DNA from: Vicugna vicugna
Taxonomy: Eukaryota
Assembly (NCBI GenBank): GCA_013265495.1
Contig: MU059523.1
Location: 1,719,761-1,783,760 of the forward strand
Direction of reading: 5' to 3'
Length of the DNA: 64,000 nucleotides
Shown: one piece after another, positions 25,436 to 39,209 of the stretch
Layout: every line of letters starts with the position of its first letter
Numbering within the stretch: the first letter of the stretch is position 1
Program-made: the position numbers and the translations under genes
Notes under the pieces: model-generated
Databases searched by the model: none
What the model was told of the DNA's origin: nothing
The model's input: only the letters and a program-made list of their open reading frames with translations

Positions 25436-26791
25436 AGGTGGAAACTGGCTGCAGCAGTGCTGTCTACCCCGAACTAATCAGTCCTTCAGAGTGGCCTTCA
25501 AGTCAGGTGACCGCCCTTCCAAAGCTTCTGTGAAATCGTCTGATAGTCTGTATAAAGTACTTGTCTGCTAAAACAAACTAGCGTGGTTTCTATTGTTTGC
25601 AACAAAAACCCTGATATAATTTAAAGGTTTTCAAAGATTTGTGCAGTCAGAGAATCCTGGGCAAGGAATTCCAAAGTCAGGGAACAGCACAAGCACAGGT
25701 GTGCAAGCATGAAAACCCAGAGTGTTAGAAATATTGGCTGAGTGGTGTGGCTGAGGAAAAAAGAACCCAGAACTCAGTGGTGGATGGCTCTCCCGGGTTC
25801 CTGGAAGAGAACTCTATGAAACTGAAGCCATGTTTTGAGGAATAGTGGCGTGTGTCAGAATTGGATACTGGCTGGAGTGAGAAAGACAGAAGTAGTATGA
25901 GTGAATTTTGCGGCTTCATATTGGGTGGGGTCTTAACCAAAAGTAGAGCAATAATGAGCTGGAAGATGAAGGCAGGGGGTCAGCATGGACTGGGCCTTAT
26001 CACACTTCAGACCTCGGTTTCAATTCTGGGATCACTTGTAATCTGTAACCCCTTGTATGTTTTATTTAATCTTCTTGAGCCTCAATTTCCTTATCTTTAA
26101 AAAACAGAAATAATAAAACCTACTGTCCTAGCCTAATTTGCTTACACATTCCAGGATAAACCTAAAGGCCAACAGAAACAGGTTTATTGATCCATTGCCA
26201 AGACGGAGACCACACCAGAGAACCAGGGGTTAGCTCACCAAACAAAGGAAATGATAGATTTATCATAGGGTTTGGGAGAAGGGTAGAGTTAAGTAAAATT
26301 AAACTGAAGTAGTATATCGATAGGCTCAAAGAGTCAACATCAAACCTGGACTGCAAAGTGCTTTCCCAGGGTCCTATTTCCTTGGAAACTAACAAGTTAG
26401 GAAGGAACTGAAATGCTGAGTTCAGATACCTCTCACCTCAAGCTCCATACCTGGGCTAGAAACCAAAATTGCTCCTCCATGTCAAAGCCACTTAGATCCT
26501 CTGGGCAAGAGTGAGATGTTTTATTCTTAACCCATCTCATTTCAAACAGCGACGTTTCCCATTGAATAAGAAAAACAGCAGTCACTCAAAGAAAGGAGTT
26601 ACTATGATGCTTTGTTGCTGAAGCAAATCCTTGGGAGAAATACTACTTTCTATTAACTCTACAACTAGCTTTATCTGGGGTTTTTATTTCAGTCAGATGA
26701 CAGGCAGGACAGATTCTTATCCTCCAAGTTAATTTTTATTTCTCAGACTCCCTGCATGACAAGATCAGCCTTGTCAGATATTATTCTATGA

Positions 26792-27025
26792 AATCCAGAT
26801 CTTCACTATTGTCCAGGTTTGACCGACCATGTGGCTATTTGAACAGGTGGACTTAAATCAATCCTTTAAATTAAATCAATCCTTTAAATGTTTTCATTGT
26901 AATGTGAGTTGTTGAGAGAATCCAGATCTTCACTATTGTCCAGGTTTGACCGACCATGCGGCTATTTGAACAGGTGGACTTAAATCAATCCTTTAAATGT
27001 TTTCATTGTAATGTGAGTTGTTGAG
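26792..27025. repeat. Near-perfect tandem duplication (125-bp and 107-bp copies) of MIR-like sequence
   Basis: Copies 26792-26916 and 26919-27025 differ by one T/C substitution and by an internal 18-bp duplication (ttaaatcaatcctttaaa x2, 26853-26888) found only in copy 1. Confidence 0.95.
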
Positions 27026-28658
27026 TCATTTGCTATGACAGTGGGTTCATCGTAGCACTTACGACCCTATAGATCACAGAATCTGAGCCGTGAAACACAG
27101 ACAAATATGGAGAGAAATATTTGGTCAAAATTTGTAGTATACTTGATCGCAAAATCACATGGGCTAATGTCATATATAGTCATTGTAACAAAGTTATACA
27201 AAATTTGTTAATATCTGAATATTCACTTTCAAATATAGTTAAGGATTCTAGGTGCAATTTGGAGTAAAACTCTCCATGTGTGCTATGCATATTGAAATTA
27301 TACCAACAAGCTGAGACTTAAATGCATGTTTATTCTTCCAAGAATAAAATGCAACAATAATTAATGTGATTTCTTGGGTGTATATAATTCACCAAACTGT
27401 ACACTTAAGATTAATACACTGTATGTTTGCTACATCTCCATTAAAAGTTTTTTCTTTTTTTTAAGAAAAGAAAAAGAATGAAAGAATGTCATTGAGGACA
27501 TTTCCTTGCTCAAGGTTACACAGTGTTTTATTGCAAGGATAAAATGAAGCAAAAAAATTACTGTGAGCCTAATTGTGAAGATGGTCTTATATTTGAAAGT
27601 TTTGTACTGTGTACATGAAAGTAATAATGCAAACACTCAAGAAATTTCAAAGCTAAGAAAATAAGGGGAAAGGTTGGCCATACATTCAACTTTTAAGGGG
27701 TTAGGTTATGATTTGGACCCAGGTTGTCTGAATTCACAGCCTACACAGTCAACCATGAAGTTACATTAAATGAATACAAAACACATAATTAACTGCCTAG
27801 TGGACTGTGAACATCTTAAACATAGCCATCCTTTTGGAAAAGTTGACTTGCTAGTGTAACGGGTAGAAGATGATAGCCAAATTCATTAGAAAGGCAAAAA
27901 AAAATTAAAAATAAAAAAATTGATCTTGCATTCAATGAAGAAAACCTGAAAGGGAAGCTTGACATTTCTCAGGGTTTTTATGATCCCCAAAGGAAGAAAT
28001 AGCTGAGAGCAGAGATAAGTGGCCTTACATATTTGAAGGTTCCCCAAATGCCAAGTCAGGAAATATCACATCCCAGCCTGCCACTGGTAGATCACATAAT
28101 ACCACAGCTCCTGTGGGGACACATTCTTGTGGTCTACTCAGTGCCTTTTTTTGCTGAATCTGAAATTAGAAGTACATCTTCCCCTAGTGGCATTCTTTAC
28201 AATCTACTAAAAATTTAGAGTCAGTCAGGGTAAATTAATATCCTTGGGTCACATCCCCTCCCACCAATGTCCATCAGAGTCCAGCCTTCTCTAGTGCCAT
28301 GCATCCAAGGTTTAAGGGCCCTGAAGCTGAACTCATCACTGACTGAAAGTAGGGTCCACCAGTGGTCAGATACATGGAGCATGCTACCATTTGTGATGTC
28401 CCACAAGAACCCTCAAAATGACAGTTTGGGGAACAAAGTCTCCACTGCTCACAGCTCTTCTCAATGTCCCTCACCACTCCATCAAGTGGCTCATGGAGCT
28501 AGGCTAGGTCTTCCACAGAGGGAGCTACATAAACACAGGTCCTCTCTTCTAGACCAGGGGCTGCAGCCTCTCAGGGCGCCATGTTGATTCTTCTCTCACC
28601 TCCAGGGTGGAGGGGCCAGGGTGTGCACAGAGGAAGAGTTGAATTCTGAAGTCCCAAT

Positions 28659-28677
28659 GTCCACTAGAGGGCACAAC
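28659..28677 (+). promoter_or_regulatory. CTCF core motif, forward orientation
   Basis: tgtccactagagggcacaa matches the CCAC[CT]AG[AG]GGGC core. Confidence 0.5.
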
Positions 28678-28959
28678 GGAATGCGGTGGCGGCTGTCCTA
28701 CCCAAGGAAGGGTCTCAGACCCCAAAGAAACACACCTAACAGCCAACTTCAGAGCAGAAGAAAGGGCTACAGTGAGCACGACCCCACCACTACCGTTTGT
28801 GGGCCCTGGGCATGAGAACCAGTGGAGGCCTGCATGGATTCTTACCGCTTTAACCAGTAGCACGAAATTGCAAGATTTTGTTTAATCTACTTTATTTAAC
28901 CTATTGTATTGTTGATCAGAATAATTTTCTTTCTTAGTTGAATTCTTTGATCAGTAATT

Positions 28960-29720
28960 AGAGAACTTCTCACCTATTAAAACAACTATATTGAAAGAAA
29001 GAAGCCAACTAAAAAAAAAAAAAAAAAAAACACCTCACAACACCAAGTGCTAGCAAGGATGCCGAGCGAGGGAAAAGGCCTACACTGCTGGTGGATGTGC
29101 CACTTTGGAAAACCCTGGGGCAGTTTCTTACACAGTTAAAAATACACCTCCCCTATGATCCAGCAACCTATTCCTAGGTATCTACACAACAGAAGTGAAA
29201 GCACAGCACACATACAAAGACCTCTATAAGAAGATTTATAGCGGCTTTATCCATAATCTCTTCAAACTGGAAACAACCCAAATGTCCATCAACTGGTGAA
29301 TAAGTAAACAAATTGTGTAGTACCTGCATATAATGGAATCATATTCAGCAATAAAAGGGAGAGATCTGTTGACACTTGCAACAACATGAATGGCTCTCAA
29401 AAGGACTATGCTAACTGCAGGAAGCCAGGCATAAAACATTACATACCGTATGAATTTGATTTACATGACACCCTGGAAAAGACAAAATGATAGGGACAGA
29501 AATCAGATCAAAGGTTGCCAGGGGCTGGAGGCTAGGAGAGAAGTGGGAAGGGAGTTGTCTACAAAGGGGCAGAGGGGGAACTTTCTAGGTTGATGGAAAT
29601 ATCCTGATTAGGGTCATGATTACATAATAGCATACATTTTGTCAAAACATATAAAACTGAATGCCAGAATAGGGTGACTGTTACTATATGTAAATGATAC
29701 CTCAAAAACCTGATTTCAAA
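28960..29720 (+). mobile_element. Old L1M ORF2 end plus 3'UTR fragment
   Basis: Characteristic L1 text 'ccactttggaaaac...gcagtttctt...gatccagcaacct...aactggaaacaacccaaatgtccatcaactggtgaa...ggttgccagggg'. Confidence 0.85.
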
Positions 29721-29759
29721 AGAGTTTGTAACGTCCTATTTGCAAAGTTTATGTGGGTC

Positions 29760-30330
29760 ATACCCAACAGAAGCCTGCTGACTTTTCTTTTTCACAGTTT
29801 TAAAAAATTTAAGCAGACTGCTTCTTTGAAGATTTACTTATTTTTTCCTTTATAGCTCTTTCTCTCTTCTGAACTTCATGTTTGTATTTTCAATTTCTAT
29901 CACAATTGCAAATTGTACTCATTCTCAATGACCTAAAGGATTTTAAAATTTTTGAAGTAATAGTCAAAATTTATAAAATTTAAATGTATGTCTATCAAAT
30001 TCTGTAAATTCAAGTAAATTCAAAAAAAAAACTGGAAAAGTAAAAATGATCTTTCATAAGTTTTCCAAAGAAGTTATTTTTCTCCTGAAGTATTCAAAAT
30101 CATCTCTTAAAATTAAAAGATAAAATCTAAATTAGAGTTGAACTATTGACATTTAAAATTAAAACTCATTTAAATAAAGCTGAAATTCCTCATTTAATTT
30201 TTTTAGATTTTAAATAAATTCTTATTAAATATTTTTATGAAAACAAGCCTTTGCTATTCTGGAGTTCAGTATTCATCTAGTAGCTAGCAAAAAAAAATCA
30301 CTGTGGTGCATCACATATGCCATGTCTAGA
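29760..30330 (-). mobile_element. Highly decayed hAT transposase C-terminal fragment
   Basis: Minus-strand remnants 'tatgaaagatcattt' (YERSF) and 'tcattgagaatgagtac' (IENEY, as in the hAT SIENEY motif) resemble the hAT dimerisation domain. Very AT-rich; family not resolved. Confidence 0.35.
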
Positions 30331-32912
30331 CTGACATAAACACAGCTTTGAGTTACACGGATTGTTTGATGTTGCAAAATGTTCTCAGTTGCCATTTACA
30401 AGTGCTGTAAATATCGAGCTAATCTGTGGTACCTTCACAACCACTAACTGAAACATAAAGAAGAGCCAGAAAATGGATGTTCAGCTCTACTGGGAAACAG
30501 TGCATCTCTTGAATTCCTGCCTTCAGGGTGGGAAGATGGGAGGCACCCAAAACAAGCTCCAGGACTGTGGAAGGTTGACCTTGCCCTAAAAGTCCTCACA
30601 TGTGCCCCAGGCAATGGGTTCTGTAAAGCACAGATGTATAGAGAACCTAGGTGTGAAGTCTCATGAATAAAACACAGAGAAGAGTCACAACATTTCACCA
30701 AGATCCAGCGGTTTGAATAGAATTAGAAGCTATTGTATGTTTGGGATGGAGAGAGAGAAATATGTAATCTGTATTTTTCAGATAATTAAAAGCATTTTAG
30801 AATGCCCATTGTTCACTCTAAAGTTTTAGTGCAGCGGGATATATTCTTTTGAGGGAGGGTCCTTGAAACATAAATTCAACCCTATCACCCTCTCCATGAA
30901 AGTCTCTCCCAACCCCGTACCCCCACCCACTGGCCTCAAGAGCTGTCAATGACTACTGGCAGGTACACACTGACTGTCACCCCTCCCCTCATCTCCTGGC
31001 CCTCATGAGCACCATGGGCCAACCACGTGATCTTCTTTCAGTTCTTTAGCAAGTTGCTTCCTGCAAATGAACCATTGATCACGCCCTTCCTTCTTACCAA
31101 AACAAACATTCTTCTTCCTTGTCTTGGCACAGCCAGCTCCTTATCATCTTTACATCTCACTTTAAATGTCCTTACCGCAGAGTATCCTTCCCTCCTGGTC
31201 GCCTCAAGTAGGAAACACCCTCATATACATCTTATTTTCTGTCTCAGCTCCTCCTCTCTTCCTTTAATTCCCCTGGGTCAATAGTTCTTATGCGGTATAT
31301 TTACTTGTTGTCTTTGCTAGCTATCTTAGAATGTAACTTCCGGGAACATGTCCTATCCTATTCCCCCTGGTACCTTCATTGTGTCTAATGGAATTCCTGG
31401 CATAAAGTAGGGAGACATACTTAATAAATATTTCATTAATTAGAAAGTCCAAAAAGAACTGTAAGGCCATGGAGGATATGTTATTGACCTGGGATAGTCC
31501 TTAAGTGCATTTCCTTCCTTAGGTAAGCTTACAGAGTACTGAACAGGACTCAGTGGCAAAATGAAATGCATAGAGTCATGAGATCTGTGGGAAATGAAAG
31601 TTTGAAAGCTGTGGGTTATGGCCACAAATAGGTAGTGTCTTTTAATATCAGTGTGTCATTTTAATATACTAGAACGGAATTCACTACTGCCTGGATTTCC
31701 CCTATTCTGATAAGTTAATAACTATTAGCCAGGCCACCCATCCTTTACTTATTTTTAAGCTCTGTAACTCCTCAGAGCTTTCCATATGCTAATATATAAT
31801 CAGAACCCACAGAAACCTTATTCTTTTTTGAGTACAGATTAGCATTTCCTGGAACTAGTGTTCTCAGCAGACAGTTTGGGAAATGCAGTGCAATCATCAC
31901 TCTGCCTTTGAAAGAAGCTGCAAGACCAAATTATATGCTGCTGAAGAAAATACTACAAACTTGGGTGGAGAAACAATAGCCCACAGTCAACTAGAACATT
32001 GGGTCCAATTTGCCTGGTATGGTCCGGATTCTCTCCACTTCTCCAAAGAACATCTCTACTGCATTTACTGCTTCTCCACAGGTCTTTGAACTAGGGACAG
32101 CAACCCTGGCTTATTAAAACATGCAAAAAGATTATACAAATATCTTCCAGGTGGTCAAGATCCTGGGGGAAGGTAAGGAACCCCCATAGACTTTCCAACA
32201 GGGCTCATTTTTTACAAATAATGTATGGGAAAGTGTCCAGAAATGAAAGCTCCCATCCTTTTTCTGATTGCAAGATTGAGATAATCTTCATTCATTTAAT
32301 AAATATTTATTTGTTGAATAGAATTTCAAGGTATTATTCAACATATATTGGAGTATAACACACATGGAGAAGTACATAAGCTCAAGCAGGGCTTTTAGAG
32401 AAAACTTTGAAGTTTCCAATCTGACCACCAACTTTGAGAGCTTTGAGAGCACATGCCAAAATGAGGGCAATAAATTCTTGGAAAGACATTCTTTTAGGTA
32501 CACATGGAACCTCTCATTAATTCTGGGCCTGGCCTTCCAGAGTTAGAGATCATAACTGCTCCCCACACCACAAGAATGACCGCCTTGAGACATTCCTTGC
32601 AACCAAAACCTTACTATTGCTCTTAGGATTGAATAGCCAAAGATGGAATGTTTGGGCTGTATTTAAAAAAACTCACAAGTGTTAATTTTCCAAAAAGTAA
32701 CTGCTTAGAGCTATGAAACTCAATCCCTTTACTGTTTGTTTTTGTTATTTTGTTTTGTTTTTGGATAGTAACTTTACTCTGAGATGTCCATATTGTGTAC
32801 ATGGAGTCAGTACACCCATTCTTAGGGGAAAAAATAAAGCACCCTGCAGCCAAGAAACTGAAGAGAAAAATGGCTGAATTTCTTCTTCTACTTCTCCTTC
32901 TCCTCTCCTTTG

Positions 32913-33087
32913 CCATCTCCATCTCCAACCCCATTTCCATCTTCATCTCCAACCCTATCCCATCTTTATCTCCAACTCCTTCCCCATCTCCATCTTCAAC
33001 CCCACCTCCATCTCCATCTCTATCTCCATCTTCAACCCCATCTCCATTTCCATCTCCATCTCTGACTCTATCTCTATCTCCATCTCC
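32913..33087. repeat. Degenerate (CCATCT)n hexamer repeat
   Basis: About 29 imperfect CCATCT/CCAACC units read directly. They produce the spurious Ser-Pro ORF 32795-33133. Confidence 0.9.
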
Positions 33088-34234
33088 CTTCTCTCCTTCC
33101 AGGACTAAGGGTCATGAACCATCTTTATTCTGATTCAAGCGCATCACAAGGCAACAGGATGGAAGCAAACCAGAGGTTTGTCAATACTAGGATGAGAGAT
33201 GAGGGTGTCTCAATTTTCAAAGTAGAAGATTTTCCTGTCCTCTGGCCAGTGTGAAACAAGTCATCCAATATAATACACAGACCAGAGAGCAGGAAGAGAA
33301 TTAAGGTGCTCTCTCCAGTTCCCTCTTTTTATGGATAATATCAGGATAGTTTAGGGACTCATTCAGGGTTACCCAAGTGGTTAGAAACAAATCCAGGACT
33401 AAAATCCAGATCTCAGGGCTCCCAAGCCCATGCTCTTTTCTTTAAACTACACTGCTCCCCTTAAAAGCTCCCTCTCATTTTCACACAGTCCAAGGCTTGT
33501 GGCAAGCAGAATATGAAAACAAAAAAATAAAAATAGTCGAAATAATTATTGACATGATATTATCTTATCATAATTACTATTATTATGATAGATATTATTA
33601 TGATAGTTATAAGATAGAGTTATTGAGTACTTAGTGTATATTAGGCACTATGCTAAGAGTTTTACATATTTTAACTCATCGAATCTTCACGGTGACCATA
33701 TCAGTCAGTACCATTATTATTCCTATCTGGGGGCCGAGAGATGAGATATCAAAGTTGGTCCATAAGAAGTGAGCCATCCATGGTCCATCCACACAACGGA
33801 GTACTACACAATCACATAAAAAGATGAAGATGATCTCCATATATTGATAAAGAGTGATGTCCAAGATATCTGTCAACCAGGGTCCTGGCAAGAAACAGAA
33901 ATTTGAGCAGTAAAAGGAAAAATTACTATAATTGATTGTAAAATCCTGAATAAATAATATCCATCAGTTTATATTGACATTCAAAAGTTGGCATAAAATG
34001 AAAAAAGAAAGGAAAAAACTCATTTGCCATCTTTGAAGGTGATGACCATTCCACTAACCCATATTACTCCAAGCTGATTTTTAAAGGGAAATGGTTAAGC
34101 ATCTTTCTTTACCTTACCTATTAAATCAAGAAGTAGTCATGAGTTTACCCACAGTTGATGAAGAAAAGCTCTGCTTTATAAAACAATTCTATAAGTGAAC
34201 TGCCAGAACTTTAACCTGAAGATAATAAAGTCTT

Positions 34235-34348
34235 GGCAGAGAGGGAAACAGCTCAGTGGTAGAGCACGTGCTTAGCATGCATGAGGCCCTAGGCTCAATC
34301 CCCAGTATCTCCACTAAAATATATAGAAATGAATAAAAATGTTTTTAA
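34235..34348 (+). mobile_element. Camelid tRNA-Ala-derived SINE
   Basis: tRNA-like head plus tail. 16-bp TSD aagataat(a/c)aagtctt at 34219-34234 and 34349-34364. Confidence 0.9.
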
Positions 34349-34892
34349 AAGATAATCAAGTCTTAGGTCTAATTGTCAGTTTATGGAAAATATAAAACAT
34401 AAAGGGCCAATCTGAACAAGATCATGAGAAGGCAATCAGGCAAATCCAGAATGGAGGACATTCAGCAAAACAACTGAACTCATCTCTTCAAAATGGGAAT
34501 GTTATTTTTAAAAGAGGGAGGCTGTTCTAGAGTGGAAAAGATTAAGAAGATTTAATCAGATACAATGTGTAAACCTTGATTGAATTCTGATTTAAAAAAA
34601 AAAGAACTACAAAATGCATTTTTGGTAATTAGGGAAATTTAAATAGGGACTAAATATTAAATGAAGTTACATAATTACTATCAACATCTTTAGGTGTGAA
34701 AATGATATTGTCTTTGCGTAGGAGAATGCCTTTATTCTTAGGAAACTCATGCTTAAGTATTTAGGGGTGACTTACCATGATGTCTGCAACTCACTTTTTC
34801 AAACACCCATATAGAATTCAATCAGTATGGCAAAAGGTTAGGAAATGTTTGATTCAAAGTGGTAGGTATTTTAAAAAAATTTTTTTAAGATA

Positions 34893-34990
34893 GGGGATAG
34901 GTATACTCAGTGGTAGAGCACATGCTTAGCATGCATGAGGTCCTGAGTTCAATGCCCAAAACCTCCTCTAAAATTTTTTTAAATTAAAAA
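34893..34990 (+). mobile_element. Camelid tRNA-Ala-derived SINE
   Basis: tRNA-like head plus tail. TSD caaagt(g/a)gtaggtat at 34855-34869 and 34991-35005. Confidence 0.88.
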
Positions 34991-37900
34991 CAAAGTAGTA
35001 GGTATAAGAGTGTACACTGTACTATTCATTCAACCTTCCACTATGTTCAAATATGGTTATAATGAAAAGATAGATAAAATACATAAAGAACAAGCAACAT
35101 ACACTTGGTAAGGACAAATAGCTATGGAGGAAGAGGAATGGAAGTGGGGAGCGTGGATACAAGGGAACAACAAGCCCCACACCAAGGGAGGAGCCTTGTA
35201 CTGACATGATCATAGTGGGTGATGAGCAGAGACTGTAATTGATTCAACTTTCCACATCTGAAAAAAGAAAAGAAAAAAAAAAAAAGATGATCATCAAGTC
35301 AGCCAAGTGAGTCCATTCCCTCAGAGCTGGGAGAGCAGAGCTGTACGAGGGTGAGGTGTTTGAGCCCAGGGGACCCACACGGATGCAGCAACAGGCTGAG
35401 CACCTGGGGTTCCTAACATTGCAAGCTGAGTCTGGATACTTTCAAATCCATTTGGTAACACAGAGTTACCTCCCTTATGTAACAAAGGCTTATGCTATTT
35501 GATTTACAGCTTCTCTCATGATGCCAGATTTGTTCAATAATCCCCAGGATTGTAACTAAACACCCAAGAACATATTTGTTCACTTGGCTGTAGTCAAGGT
35601 CCCAACTCAAACATCTCCATCTCCTCTGGTATGAAACTTTCATTTGTTTCAAGTGGCTCATGAGCTTCCAGGCATTCCGGGAGATCTCTTCTGTGTGGCC
35701 ACCCTGTGAGTCAGGTAAAAAGAGGTTGTGAAGGTCCCTCAGAACACTTCCTGGGTGGAGGAAGGGAGTTGCTGAAGTGGCTTGACTCTGATCCTTGGGA
35801 AAATAGCCAGGACAAAAGTCTAGACCAAGAAATGCCCCTGCCGGTCCTGATGATACAAAATTGAGAGACCGTTTCTCTTGGGAGGTCTGCAGAGTGATCC
35901 TAAGAAGAACATGTGGATCATTCTGATAGAGTGGGAGCTTCCAGAGAGCAGGAAAGACATCTTCTTATATCTCAATGCCCAGCCCAGTTCTGAGAACACG
36001 ATCGGTGCTCAATACACATTTGTCAACTGAGTAAATGAATCAGTGAATGATGGAACAATGTGTAAATCTTTCAGCCTGGAAAGGACAAGCAAATAGATGA
36101 GAAAACCATGATGCTTTTTTCTTAAACTGAACAAGGGAATGATTTGAATTGCAAACAAGAAAAATAAAACATTCCGGCAGTTATCTTTGGTTAGCCATTT
36201 GCTTTAGTGGGTTGAAATAATGTTTAAGTAAACATAATAAATAGAAAGAATGCTTCCCATGTGAGTGAGATACAAGTTAAATGACTAGAAACAAATTGTT
36301 CATTTGTGCTAGAAACCAAAATGTTACCTTACAAAGGTCCAAGGCTGAAGACTCTTAAAATATCAGTAGATAATTCTGTGATATTTCTAGTCTAAGAGTA
36401 GCAGCAATCCTGGATCCCAGTTGCATCAACCACAAGGGTTTCCATTTTACCCCCAGAAACATGAGAAAATTCTTCCCTAACTTCTCAAAACAAACTATTA
36501 TTTTAATTTTAATTCACTAAATTCTTATAAAAACAAGGTAGTAAGGGAGAAGAGAGTGTTGTGAAATCAAATAAGCAATGACAATTCTCCAAAAAAGTTC
36601 AAAGTTCCTCTCTCATCTAGACAGATAGTTGTTTCTGAGAACACCGCACTCCCCAAAGCTAGAAGTACAAAGTAGAAAGTTTTAAAAATTCCCCCTGATT
36701 TTTGTCCCATTCTTGTAGGGCTTCTACTGGGGTTGATTTTTCTCTTCTCCAATAGCACAAAGAGATGAGTCTTGCCAGAGGACACAGGCCAAGCTTGTGG
36801 GGGCTGGCACAAAGCAACCTTCTGGCCTTGCCTGAATTATTTTAAATCATCGAAAACATTATTCCGATGGCTAATGTCACAAGGCACCACGCAGTGAACT
36901 CAGGGGAAAAAAATCAACGGTTGTGACCTGATATTCAAACCTGGTCTAAGTAGGTGATGAAAAGAATTTGAGCATTCGAACTTGGAGACAATTGCTGGGT
37001 TTTAAAAGTGGGAAATTAGAGAGTCTAAGTCTGCTGTGTTCCATTTTTACCCACCTCTTTAGGTAAACCCCTTTCTGTGCTATCAAGGGGCTCCATCTGC
37101 CTGGCTCGCATTTTCATGGGCCCTTTTTTCCAGGCTTCCTCACAGAATCAGCTGGTCTTGACTCTGATCCTGCTAAATATAGACCCCATTGCACCCCAGT
37201 TCCTTCCTATGCTTTCCCCAAACAGAGCACCCATTCTTGGCCTCTGATTATGATTGTGTTGGTCTAGTTCAATCTCTGATTCAATCCCCAAGGCTGGGCT
37301 GGCATCCAACTCTGAGTTAGGTACAGTGCTGGAAACCATCTGCTCTTTTGTCAGTGTTGGACATTTGTGGTCATTTGTCCAGTGTCATGGTCGTAAGAAT
37401 TAGATTAGAAGAGAGCTTGCATTGTGCTTTTCCTATTCATTTTTCTTTTTCTTTTTTGGGAATGAGTTTTATCTTGCTTTGAACATTATTCTTTTCTTTC
37501 TGGTCTTCCAGGTTCAAGCCATGAAGGCCCCAAAGTCTAGTCATCCAAGAATAAAACAGGCTGAAATCCATTTGGATTTATATCTCCATTTCCTAGAGTT
37601 TTTAATCCAAATTCTCAAACTCAAATTCCTGTCATAAGCAAAGAAACTTAACATCATTTGTTGGACGAAAGGAGCTGAGGCATAAAGAACTACTTCTTAC
37701 CCTGAAGAGTTAATAATGCAGAATCCTGGGTCTCAGCCTCAAAGATGCCAATGCAATAGGTTTGTTGAAAGACCAAAAATTGGCACTGTAACAGGCATGC
37801 TAAATGATTCTAGGCAGGTGGACCGCATTTTTGATAAAAGAGGTCAGTGTAGCAAGAGCTGAAAATAGCTGGAATTGGGGAAGAAGGTCCCAGGGAACTC

Positions 37901-39209
37901 GGTGATATGTAGCCACCTGGTAGGTAGAGGCAGGGCGAGGGTAGGGGGAGATGGTGGACAAGGCTGCAGAGCATGGAGACAGCTGAGCTCTGTTGCTCCA
38001 CCTTTGGGCTACTGTTCACTGCTTGACCCCAGGCAGCAAGGAAAGGGGAATAAGCAGGCTTTGATTTCTCAAACTCCGCTCTTGTCACTCCTCACCTTTA
38101 GGGCCATTTCATGCCTCACCTGTAAACTTAGTCTTACTCTCAGGTGCCAGAACTAGCAATCGGAAGTGGGATGCAAGTCATCTCCACCCACCCTTGGTTG
38201 CTTGGTATCTTCACCAGAGGTACCAGTCAGACTGGAACTTCATGTAACAGAATAGTAATTCTCAATCTGTGTCACTTGGCAACCCTCAGAGCAATTCTTT
38301 AAACAATCTCACTCATTTCTAAGTTGATGTCTAAATTTTTCATCCTAAGTTTAAATAGTTGTAAAGGATTACTTTCTGGCATGTTGTATAATTTGACATT
38401 TTAAAACTACACTGTCATGTGACTCTTAAATGTACTAAATGGAATCTCAAAGTTACGATTTGGTGCTCACCATCATTCACGGATCTATTTAAAATATGTA
38501 AGAACAAGTCCTTCTATAACAGTCAGAAATTTTAAGGCAGTTTGTTTTCCTCTTAAATTTGTATTTCCATCTGACTTCCCCGTATAATTTAATCCTTATA
38601 TGATATATTTCTATTCTTTTAGTCTTTTATTGATAACTCATACTTACTTTCTCTACTATATATAATATATTTAGATTTAGATATATTTATGCATGCTTAC
38701 TTATAGATATAGATATATATTCACACAAACACACACACATATATATATATACTTATATTCTGATATTAAACATGCTTTTTTAATTTCCAATGACCAGAAA
38801 GATCTAAGAGCTGAAAAATGTCTTCTGAATTTAGTTATCACTATAATTTTGGTAAAACCAACATAAATATATTATAAATCATTAAATATAGAAAGTGAAT
38901 ATTATTGGAAATGCATCTCTAAATGAATAGGACTTATTCTAGTCATTCTATAGGTAAATAACACTTAATGTTTGAATGAGCCAGAGTTCAGAATCAATTA
39001 GGTTAATATTTTCCATTTTTATATATGAAAGTCCTGAGAAATCTATTCATGTAAATATATCGAAATAGAAGGGGCTTGTTACAGCAATGCAATTCTGTTC
39101 TCTGAATTCTTTCTGAACTAGTTTTAATTGTTTATCAGCTGGCAACTTGATTATATCCTAATTTTTCTTAAAGCAAAGAATCAGAAATCATATTTTAAAA
39201 AAGAAAAAA

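Larger units (their letters stand above)
33940..35060 (+). mobile_element. Old L1 (L1MC-like) 3'UTR fragments interrupted by two camelid SINEs
   Basis: L1MC-type 3'UTR text ('ggcaatcaggcaaatccagaatggaggacatt...aacaactgaactcatctcttcaa...gactaaatattaaatga'). Boundaries approximate. Confidence 0.6.

Noticed and set aside
26792-27025. CRISPR-like or regularly spaced repeat array
   Set aside because: Only two long direct copies with no unique spacers, in a mammalian genome.
32795-33133. 112-aa Ser/Pro-repeat ORF with a hydrophobic Leu run (looks like a signal peptide plus mucin/extensin)
   Set aside because: It is produced by a (CTT/CTC)n tract and the degenerate (CCATCT)n repeat; there is no splice or promoter support.
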